Origin: Octopus sinensis
Taxonomy: Eukaryota
DNA length: 64,000 nt
Assembly: GCF_006345805.1 (NCBI RefSeq)
Contig: NC_043019.1
Location: 23,311,360-23,375,359, forward strand
Direction: 5' to 3'
Each line of letters begins with the position of its first letter. The stretch's first letter is position 1. A program made the translations under genes and the position numbers. Under the pieces are notes generated by a model. That model saw nothing but the letters and a program-made list of their open reading frames with translations. It made no database searches and was not told the DNA's origin. This document shows, in pieces, positions 35,732-46,947 of this stretch.

Positions 35732-35822
35732 TTTTAGCTGATGAGTACGGGACTCGTTTATATGCTGTAATCTTTGCAACTTTTAATAAAACCTGTCCTT
35801 GTATGAAACGATCGTACTAAAA
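35732..35822 (+). ncRNA. Type I hammerhead ribozyme (right arm of the 1.3-kb palindrome)
   Basis: Stem I UUUUAG/CUAAAA; CUGAUGA 35738-44; stem II GUAC-GGGAC/GUCCU-U-GUAU with long loop; GAAA 35805-08; stem III AC-GAUC-GU; GUA cleavage triplet 35814-16. Confidence 0.85.
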
Positions 35823-35864
35823 ACCTATCCATTCTTGTTGCTTCTTCTCGCGTATATATATATA

Positions 35865-35899
<35 letters not shown>

Positions 35900-35908
<9 letters not shown>

Positions 35909-36830
35909 AGAGAAGTTTCAGGTGTGGACGCAAGGTCTAGAATCGAAGAGCCTTAGAGTCAATCTAGCAAAAACCAAAGTCTTAATAAGTAGGAAGGCAA
36001 ACAAATCACAAGTCCATTCAGGTAGATGGCCCTGCTCAATCTGTAGAAAAGGCGTAGGTAGAAACTCTATAAGATGTACACAGTGTAAACTATGGAAACC
36101 TAAGAGGTGCAGCAATATCAGAGGAAGGCTAACTGAGAAGATAGGTTTTGTGTGTGGCAAATGCTCAGGGTCAATAAACACTGAAAATGGGCAGAAAACA
36201 GCTTCTGTCACATTCCAGGGGGTAACTACAAGTAGTGGACAGCTTCCATTATCTAGGTGACCAAGTCAGTAGCAGGGGTGGTTGCTCTGAGAGTGTAGCT
36301 GCTAGAATAAGAATAGCCTGGGCAAAGTTCAGAGAGCTCCTACCTCTGCTGGTGACAAAGGGCCTCTCGTTCAGAGTAAAAGGTAGACTGTATGACGCAT
36401 GTATGCAAACAGCCATGCTACATGGCAGTGAAACATTGGCTGTGACTGGTGAGGACATGTGTAAGCTTGCAAGAAATGAAGCTAGTATGCTCCACTGGAT
36501 GTGTAATGGTAGTGTACATACACGACAGAGTGTAAGTGCCCTGAGAGAAAAGTTGGACACACGATGCATCAGATGTGGTGTGCAAGAAAGATGGCTGCCC
36601 TGGTATGGTCATGTATTGTGTATGGATGAGGACAGCTGTATGAAAGTGTCACACCCTAGCAGTAGAGGGAACCTGTGGAAGAGTTAGACCCAGGAAGACC
36701 TGGGACGAGGTGTTGAAGCACAACCTTTGAATATTGGGCCTCACCAAAGCGATGACAAGTGACCAAAAACTTTGGAGATACACTGTGCTTGAGAAGAGCC
36801 AGCAAGCCAAGTGAGACCGTAACCTTGGCC
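35900..36830 (+). mobile_element. Degenerate RTE-clade LINE 3' fragment
   Basis: KFQVWTQGLESKSLRVNLAKTK, FHYLGDQVS, RIAWAKFRELLPLL, WYGHVL. Confidence 0.85.
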
Positions 36831-37499
36831 TATGCCAGTGCAGCATAACCAGACCATTTAAGAGTACCCTTGGGCAATAAACTGCACTTGCGAAGACCTG
36901 TTAAGGCAAGTGAAGTCATTGTCATGGTCGTGTCAGTGCCGCCCGACTGGTCTCGTGCCGGTGGCACATAAAAAGCACCACTTCAGCATGATCGTTACCA
37001 GTGCCACCTGACTTGCTCCCATGCCAGTGGCATGTAAAAAGCACCATTCAAGTGCAGTCGATGCATCACTTGACAACTGATGTCGGTGTGTTTATGTCCC
37101 CATAACTTAGTGGTTCAGCAAAGAGAGACCGATAAAATAAGAACTAAGCTTACAAAGTGCAAGTCCTGGGGTTTGATTTCATCAACTAAAAAAAAATCCT
37201 TGAAGGTAGTGCTCCAGCATGGCCGCAGTCAAATGACTGAAATAAGTAAAAGAATAAAAGAAAAGAATATGTGTGAGTATGTGTATGTATGTATGTACAA
37301 TGTATACACACACATACATATATATATAATGTATACATACATATATATATTTATATACATATATATTTGAGTAGTTGAATGAATTATCTTGTTAAGGATA
37401 ATTCGGTTAACCGATACCTGGGTAGCAAATTCACATCACTATGGGCTCCGTGTGAGCAGTTATCTAAAAGTTTTTTGTGCATCTTGATGTTGACATAAG

Positions 37500-37598
37500 T
37501 TCCTTGCTTTTCCTGATGAGAAAGCGGCATAATATACTCCTTATTCCTTTGCAATTAGGAATATGCAGCCTTCGAAACATATGTCGAAAATAAAGGAA
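37500..37598 (+). ncRNA. Type I hammerhead ribozyme, second family
   Basis: Stem I UUCCUUGCUUUUC/GAAAAUAAAGGAA (11 of 13 pairs); CUGAUGA 37513-19; stem II GAAAGCGGCAU/AUGCAGCCUUC; GAAA; AC-AUAU-GU; GUC cleavage triplet 37583-85. Confidence 0.85.
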
Positions 37599-38184
37599 TT
37601 TTGTTAATTCGTCGTTCAACTCCATTCTTTCATATATTTATATATATATATAATATTTTTCTGGATGAAGATACTTCTTCCATTTAGGGCATTATTCCCT
37701 AGGTTTCCGAGGTTTTAATCATACTTTATTTAAGGGATTCCTTTTATTTCTGTATGAAATTGATTTTTACAATGTGGGCCTGATGAAGCCTTCCAGCTTC
37801 ACAGACCCCAGTTGAACCGTCCAACCCATGCTAGCATGGAAAGCGGACGCTAAACGATGATGATGATGATGATGATGATCTTTATGCATGTATATATACA
37901 TATGTGTCTGTCTGTTTCTGTGTTTGTACCCCCACCTCTACTTGACAACTGGTGTTGGTTTGTTTATGCCCCTGTAAATTCAGCAAAAAAAAAAAATGAT
38001 AAGATAAGTCCTTTTGTTCAATCAGTCAACTAAAATTCTTAAAGACAGTGCCCCATCATGGCCACAATCTAATGACTAAAGGAAGTATAAAAATAAAAGA
38101 ATACAAATATATGTTGGCCACTGAAAAAATTTTTTTTAATATTTTACCCTTAATTATATTTGTGTGTATATATACGTGTGTGTG

Positions 38185-39645
38185 TGTATGTGTGTATCTA
38201 TAAATATGTATGTGTGTGTGAGTATCTATAAATATGTATGTGTGTGTGTGTATCTATAAATATGTATGTGTGTGTGAGTATCTATAAATATGTATGTGTG
38301 TGTGTATCTATAAATATGTATGTGTGTGTGTATCTATAAATATGTATGTGTGTGTGTGTATCTATAAATATGTATGTGTGTGTGTATCTATAAATATGTA
38401 TGTGTGTGTGTGTATCTATAAATATGTATGTGTGTGTGTGTATCTATAAATATGTATGTGTGTGTGTATCTATAAATATGTATGTGTGTGTGTATTTATA
38501 AATATGTATGTGTGTGTGTATCTATAAATATGTATGTGTGTGTGTATCTATAAATATGTATGTGTGTGTGTGTATCTATAAATATGTATGTGTGTGTGTA
38601 TCTATAAATATGTATGTGTGTGTGTGTATCTATAAATATGTATGTGTGTGTATCTATAAATATGTATGTGTGTGTGAGTATCTATAAATATGTATGTGTG
38701 TGTGTATCTATAAATATGTATGTGTGTGTGTGTATCTATAAATATGTATGTGTGTGTGTATCTATAAATATGTATGTGTGTGTGTGTATCTATAAATATG
38801 TATGTGTGTGTGTATCTATAAATATGTATGTGTGTGTGTATTTATAAATATGTATGTGTGTGTGTGTATCTATAAATATGTATGTGTGTGTGTATCTATA
38901 AATATGTATGTGTGTGTGTGTATCTATAAATATGTATGTGTGTGTGTATCTATAAATATGTATGGCTGTGTGTATTTATAAATATGTATGTGTGTGTGTA
39001 TCTATAAATATGTGTGTGTGTATCTATAAATATCTATGTGTGTGTGTATCTATAAATATGTATATGTGTGTGTATCTATAAATATGTATGTGTGTGTGTG
39101 TGTATCTATAAATATGTATGTGTGTGAATCTATAAATATGTATGTGTGTGTGTATCTATAAATATGTATGTGTGTGTGTGTGTATCTATAAATATGTATG
39201 TGTGTGAATCTATAAATATCTATGTGTGTGTATCTATAAATATGTATGTGTGTGTGTATCTATAAATATGTATGTGTGTGTGTGTATCTATAAATATGTG
39301 TGTGTGTATCTATAAATATGTATGTGTGTGTGTATCTATAAATATGTATGTGTGTGTGTATCTATAAATATGTATGTGTGTGTGTGTGTATCTATAAATA
39401 TGTATGTGTGTGTGTATCTATAAATATGTATGTGTGTATCTATAAATATGTATGTGTGTGAATCTATAAATATCTATGTGTGTGTATCTATAAATATGTA
39501 TGTGTGTGTGTATCTATAAATATGTATGTGTGTGTGTGTATCTATAAATATGTGTGTGTGTATCTATAAATATGTATGTGTGTGTGTATCTATAAATATC
39601 TATGTGTGTGTGTGTGTATCTATAAATATGTATGTGTGTCTGTGT
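38185..39645. repeat. Minisatellite, roughly 50+ units of TATCTATAAATATGTATG(TG)n (24-30 bp)
   Basis: Direct reading. Confidence 0.95.
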
Positions 39646-40500
39646 GACTGACTATCTGTCTCTGTGTGCACACCTATCTCTCTCTCTCTATATATATATT
39701 ATTGGAAGCAAGTTAAAACAATTGTGTGGAGAGCGACCGTGAAATAGTTCGGCCTGAATTATCTTCCCCTGAATTTTGTGACGACATAACATCTTTGAAG
39801 TGAACGTTCAGTGTTTGGTCCGTCATCTCTCAAAATAGTGTGGTGGAAGCAAACCAGCCAAGTTTGGATTGCTTTTTTTTATTCTTTTTTACGGGGGAAC
39901 ATCCCCTAAAGCAACAACAACAACACAAAAACAATTTGATTTCTGCTGTTTTCACAAGGAACAACTTTATTCTTCATTCCTCACACCTTAACACACCATT
40001 ATTCCCTGCCACACAGTTTTTTGGGTCGTCATCGTCGTTAATGTTGTCATAGCCGCTTCATTTTATTTGTTTTTTCCTTTTTAAATTATTTATCTTGTTC
40101 TCCCATAAGGTACATTAAGAGTTTTCAGTTTATTTCTATTATTACTTCCCGCTGTTTCTCTTGTCTATCTATGTGTTCTGCTTGTGTTTTTAAATCTCTC
40201 TCTGTCTCTTGTTTATCCATCTTTATCTGTCTACCTTCTTTTCCTCATCTTTCTCTATCTTATCTCTCTCTCTCTATCTATCTATATATCTATCTCTATC
40301 TATCTATCTACTCTCTTTCTCTCTCTCTCTCTCTTTTCCTATCTATCTTTCTATCTAATCTATTTTCTCTCCTATCTATGTCTATATTTTGTATCTATCT
40401 TCCTTTCCCTTTCTGTATCTCTGTTTCTCTACTTATCTTGTCTATATCTAAATCTGCATTTCTCTACCTCTACGTAACTATTTGTCTGTCTCTGTAAATT

Positions 40501-40545
<45 letters not shown>

Positions 40546-43500
40546 AAACATCGCAATTTGTTGAAAATAGTTTCTTGATTGTGCCAAAGGTTCGAGTCCT
40601 CGTTCACATGTTTAATATACATCAGTTATTTCTTTTGAACTCTCTACATATACATACATACATGCACATCACACGCACACATATAACCTTATATATATAT
40701 ATATGCACTTGTATATATAATAACTTTACATATATTTCCTGATTTCCTGGGAATTCTAATCCACCATTACCACTACTACCATCGACAACAGCAAACGTTG
40801 TTTATCAGTTTCATTTACTAAATACCTGGACATGTGTTTCCAATGTCGCCCCGTGGGAACGATATGTCTCTCGTTCGAGTGATCGGGAGGGCCGCGGTGT
40901 CTCTCAATAAAATAAGGATCAGTAAATTCGGTAGGGAAATGGGGAGGGCATTAAAATCACTTACACACCTTGTGCCTACTCGACAAAAAGCCATCATCAT
41001 CATCGTCGATGTCTTTAGAGCTTGTTGATCTTGATTAGCGAAACCTTTCCTTTTCAAGTCAGCTCTGATTGAGCTGACGTTCCAACCGTGAATATCTCGT
41101 TCTTTTCCTTTATTTATTTTTTTTTTTTTTAGAGACATCTACAACATAAATCCTTATTTCAGACATTGTGTGATTTGAGGGATAGTTCTATGGCTACTCT
41201 TTCTAGCAGACCGATTGGCCACATAAATTCCTCTACCTCTCGTGTGGTTTTGTTATAAAGGTGCAAGGCTATATAATAATATGAAAGGTTGAATGAGATT
41301 ACGTGATGTTCATGTCTTTCTATGGGGAGGTATTATCGGCCCTTTTATCAACACATTACCGTTCCTGTACGCTTTTTAAAGCCTTTGTTGCAGACATTCT
41401 CAACCTTAGGGTCCCGATATCCTCTAAGGATCGCGGAAACATTCTTTATTTTACTTTAGAAATGATCGACAAAATTTTTGTAAGTTTATCATACTATAAG
41501 CAATAAAAAAAACATAATAGCCACAGCATGTAAACAAGCAACTGATAGATATTTCCTATGGAAAAATCATCAAAATGTTAAATTCTTGGAATTTATTTTC
41601 AAAATAAGTATCGTGGGGAGAGAGTTATTGGTTACGACAATATTTAACCACTAGGAATCCCTTTGATTCCCATTTTACTCGGATGGACCCCTACAGCCAT
41701 TCGATGTCGAGAAAAATCATATTACATATTTATAATTAAATATTAAGTATTGTATAAAAAAAAAAGAATTGTTAAAATATTTTGTGCATTGTAGAAGTAT
41801 GCCCAATATATTGCCGATAAATCTCAACAAGAAAACCTCATATGGAACCCTAAGGGCCATATAGACCCCGGTTGAAAACCAGAGGATTAAGGGGTCGCAA
41901 CGGAGAAAGGATCGGGGTGGGGAACTGGTGTTTTGTTGCTCAAGGCGGGGGATATCTGTGTACCGTATGTGCTCACCATAAGTGGATTGATGGTGGCGGC
42001 GCGGGAGGGGGTATAAGATTCTGTGTTGTTCATGCTGTTTCCAAAAGCATTAGTTATGTCATTGATACGGAAATATTAAATACGCTAAAGAATCGAAGTC
42101 GGGTCTTCGATATGAGGGTCGCCGGTGGTTTAGTATATCCTTCCACGTCTACCTGACGTGTATACAATGCCTCACGACCGAACAAGGGTGCCAATTCTGT
42201 GTTACTCGGTAGACCTGCTAGAAACAACAGCCAATCCCCCTACATACATTATTACATAATGTAATATATATGTATTTCTTTGTTGCCCACAAGGGGCTAA
42301 ACATAGAGAGGACAAACAAAGTGATTAAGTCAATTACATTGACCCCCAGTGTATAACTGGTACTTTATTTATCGACCCTGAAAGGATGAACGGCAAAGTT
42401 GACCTCATATATATATAATGTAATATATATGATGTATGCAATACCCGAGGAAAGATGAGATAGTCATAACGTCTCTTCTCGTGGATTTACTCAGACAGGG
42501 CCGACTTAGAGGTTTGACAACAGCAGGATGCTTAGTGTTCAGAAGGTGTAACAGATCTTGAATACGTGTTGATGGGCTTTCGTATTGCTAGCTGCCCCGC
42601 TTGTATACTGAGATACACCTTGGGTACCCAGCCACCGACACGAATCCACAAGTAGTCAATTTTAGCGGCTATTAACACTGAAAATTACGGGGTCTTGTAT
42701 GTTTCTTTGGAGTAAAAGTTTTAGAAATAAACCGGGTATTTTTTTAATAGACATTACTTCCATTTGGTGTAACGTGAAATTAGAGGCAAATATCGCTCTA
42801 TCCTCATGTTTACGGCCCTAAATTCAAATTAGATTCTTTTAGTATGGTTTCACACATACACATGTAAATGTGTGTCGGTTAGTTTCCTAGAAGCTGGAGG
42901 TTTCGCTTTTTGCAATTTTAAAATTTGGGTGATTATTCTGCTTTTATTTTTGTTATTTTTTTCAACTGAATTTTAGCTTCTTTAATTAGCAATTTATGGC
43001 AGCTTCCTTAACAAAGGTAACAAGTTCAAAGTCGACTCATAGCGAAATTCGAACTCAGATCAAGACGATCGTTCGGTACTCGACGTCATTAACCCACTCA
43101 ACCTTCCATCATGACTATATATATATATATGAATATATTTTGCATGTATATATTTATACATACACACACACACACTAACTTTTACAAGGAAAACGTTGAG
43201 TGTGACTTCAGAATTTCCGCTTGCTCACTTTCGTCAGACTTATCCTTATAAAAGTTCATAAACATGTACTCTAATAAAAAGTACTGAGTAATCAATCATT
43301 CAGTTTAAAGTTAAATTGCTTTTATATATAAATTTCACGCGTATATATATTGTAGCAAATCGCGCAATACGAATTCACTTTCAATATACATAAGCCAATA
43401 TATATATCTATATATATATATATAGATACATACAACCATGTGTAACTTTCTCTTTATAATTACTAATGTTACGACTACACGTTCTGAAACGAAACAGCCA

Positions 43501-43574
43501 CAACATGGTCGGCTGGGTTGTTAGACATAGCAGTTACATTCCCCTGCAAATTCGAACATCTGAGAAAACAGTCC

Positions 43575-43762
43575 TATACACACACACACACACACATATA
43601 TATACACACATATATATATATACACATACATATATATATACCTATATGTATATATATATGTGTGTGTGTATATATATATATATATGTGTATATCATTACC
43701 ATCACCGGTCGTTAAACGATGATGATGTATATATATATACACACACATACATATATATATAT

Positions 43763-43809
<47 letters not shown>

Positions 43810-43846
43810 TATATATATACACACATATATATATATATATACACAT

Positions 43847-43880
<34 letters not shown>

Positions 43881-43942
43881 ATATATATATATACACATAC
43901 ATATATATATATATACACATACATATATATATATATATATAT

Positions 43943-43974
<32 letters not shown>

Positions 43975-44115
43975 ACATACATATATATACACACACATAT
44001 ATATATATACACACACATATATATATACACATACATACATATATATACACACATATATATATATATATATACATACATATCTATACACATACACACACAC
44101 ACATATATATATGTA
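43575..44115. repeat. Compound (TA)n/(CA)n microsatellite
   Basis: Direct reading; source of several spurious YI/HT ORFs. Confidence 0.95.
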
Positions 44116-44714
44116 TACACTTATGCCCATTAGTGAGTGACCATTGGTTTTGCAGCTAAAAGGTTCTTAGCGGCATATAGATGAATTCTCACGCTCGATG
44201 GCCGGAGGCACAATGGTATTCCTGAGAGGGAAGTATGTGTGTGTGTGTAGTGATTCCTTGGTCTGTTCGATCAGTACAGACATGCCGTCAAAACTATTAC
44301 AACTTCGATTTCATATCGATATCAGATTTCAGGTCGGTCATTCGAGGCTTCGCGTTTTTGTGGGTCAACTCCGACTGGGGTCAGATTAACTTTGCCCTTC
44401 CATGTCTCTCCCCGCATCCCTCCACTCCTTGCTCACAGGGTAGTCCGTCACACACACACACACATTTTTTACGGTTCCAATTAAAAAAAGAATTTATCAT
44501 TGTTGGTTAGTTCCTACTGAACGGGGGTTTTGCTGTTAGTTCTTAATTTAGACAAGTAATTGTATTTTAGATTTATTTTGAGAATTTTAGCTTCGTAATT
44601 GATTTTAAAGGCGAATGTGTTTGACGTAACGTCAATTAGATCTATATCTTTGAAAAACGGTAAATGACGTCGTCTCCTTGTACCAAAATTTGGTAAACCA
44701 ATACCGGAATATCG

Positions 44715-44756
<42 letters not shown>

Positions 44757-46591
44757 TATATATATTATATATATATATATCACCACGTGTGTGTTTGTGT
44801 GTGCATATACACTCACTGTTTATCAACACGTCGAAACTAATTTCGTGTTTATCAACACGCTCGCTAACTAATTCTCTGTCTGTGGCCGGCTTAGAATGAT
44901 CTGGGACGATGTTAGCACAGCCATGTGTTTTTATTCCAGTATTTCAAAATATCCTTTAAAAAACTATAGTAAACATTGTTAGGATCTGTGAGACGAGGTG
45001 AACTTTTTATTTTTTTATTTATTTATAATTTTGGTATTAGGGGATAAACCAATTATTGACAGGTGCACGAGAGAACCTGTTAGGGACAAATCTGTCCTAA
45101 GGAAAAGGAAAAATCACGAATCTAACTTTTTTTACGAATTTATACTTCTACAGTTTATTGATTCATCAAATTACAGTTTATTTTTTAAATGGATTTTTAG
45201 ATTCGAATTTGATTTCGACCGAGGGCTTCGTGAAACTCTGAAGCACACACTCACACGCACGCGCGCGCGCACACACACACACACACACGAGTGTCATGCT
45301 CAACGTAGAAGCCTTTTTGGTGTCTGGGCCCATACAAGTGTTTCGATGAATTGCTCGGACGATAAGTAATACATACTTTTTCATTGTAAGGGGTTGCAGG
45401 ATCGATCGTAGCTGATCTGATTGGGTGGACCTGTGGGTAGGACCCTAAGCTCCTCAAACAGTGACAGGATACACGAATTTTTTGGCATTCGTTTGTATGT
45501 GGATTTTTAAAAGGGCTTTCTTCGTTTATTATTCCGTGAAAGGGTAGGAAGAAAAACTGTCTTCTATTTGTATTTTGAACGTCCAAAGATTCAGAATTTG
45601 AAAAAAAAAATCTTAAAAAAATTTTTTTTTTAAATAATTGATTGTGCCTTAGGAGATTGACTTTGTATTTGTTTTAATTTTTTTTTAAATCTGCATGTTT
45701 ACGAATATAGCAAGTACACACACACACTTTTTATCTTGTATATGTTTCAGTCATTAGACTGCGGCCATGCTGGAGTACCACCTTGAAGAATTTTAGTTGA
45801 ATGGTTCTTCCCTTGTACTTATTTTTTAAAAGTCTTTTGCCGAATCGCTAAGTTAAGAGGACGTAAACACACCAACCGGGCGGGGAGCAACATAGACACA
45901 AAAACATATACATACATACAAACAACATAAATATATGTGTGTATGTATGTTATATATATATATGTATGCATGTTATATATATATATATATATAATGTACA
46001 TACGGCGAGTTTCATTGAGTTTCCATTTATCAAGTCCTTAGACAAGGGTCTGGTTACTCCAAAGTGTCATGCAGTGGGACTGAACCCAAATCCATGTGGT
46101 TGGAAACCAAGTTTCTTCCCACACACACACATGCACACATATAATATTTCTGTATGAAGTTATATATAAATAACTGATGGATCACTCAGTAGTTTCTAAT
46201 AGTGCACTTATTCATTTTAAAAGCTAAATTTTGCCAGTGATTTCAAAGTTTCAATTTTATTTAATTATTGGTTTCTCTTACAAGGTGGCACATAGCTTAG
46301 TGGTTAGTATGTTGGATTCATAATCCTAAGGTTGTGCTTTTGGTTCCTGGAGTGGACATTGCGTTGTTTTCTTGAGCAAAACACTTCATTTCACATCACT
46401 CCAGTCCACTCAGCTAGCAAAAGTGAGTAATCCTGCGATGAACTTGCATCCCATCCAGTGGGAGAAATATACACACCGTGGAATGCAAGAAATCAGTCCT
46501 CTGAGTGTATGTGACTCTGGAAGGATCTTTATCCTTATCTTATCCTTGCAAGACTTGTACCCTTGCATTCTTTGCAAATTTATTATATATA

Positions 46592-46947
46592 TCTCTATAT
46601 ATATAAACGGCAAAATGTCTGTTTGTGTGTGTGTCCTTTATACAAATCCACAATTTTTCAGTTAGAGGGCTCGCACTTTCTATGGTCATTCAAAACCATC
46701 CAAGGATGATTGTGCACATTTCCCCAGTCACCCTGCAAAGCCATTAAAAAATCAATAGAAGTGACTTTTTTGTGAATTTTCTATCCAAAACCCAATCAAA
46801 ATGCCTGAAACTTGATATGCCAATTGAATGCCAGCTAGCTGTATGTAATTGGTCAGAGATTTGGACAGTACTCGCGTGTATGTGCGCACGCACACAGCTG
46901 TATATGCACTAGCACTATGACCCAGCGTTGCCAGGTCATAGTGCTAG
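46592..46947 (+). mobile_element. Non-autonomous Helitron-like element
   Basis: A|TCTCTATATATATAAA start; subterminal hairpin GCACTATGACC...GGTCATAGTG, CTAG|T end; no TSD. Confidence 0.6.

Larger units (their letters stand above)
34425..35851. mobile_element. Fold-back, hammerhead-bearing Penelope/retrozyme-like non-autonomous element
   Basis: 656-bp inverted arms 34539-35194 and 35196-35851; left copy runs about 115 bp further; both ends abut (TA)n; no ORF. Confidence 0.6.

Noticed and set aside
37770-37795. CCTGATGAAG as an additional ribozyme
   Set aside because: Truncated by a repeat insertion before stem II and GAAA
38185-39645. Regular repeat array as CRISPR
   Set aside because: No unique spacers, only (TG)n length variation; eukaryotic context; no cas genes
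43466-44159. Long ORFs of 120-224 aa ([12 protein letters not shown]), and similar ones at 38614, 50140, 57694, 62188
   Set aside because: Translations of microsatellites; no stop codons arise in TA/CA repeats
44130-45560. Conserved miRNA precursors
   Set aside because: Only short local hairpins; no match to conserved bilaterian mature miRNAs that I could recall; needs a miRBase/MirGeneDB search
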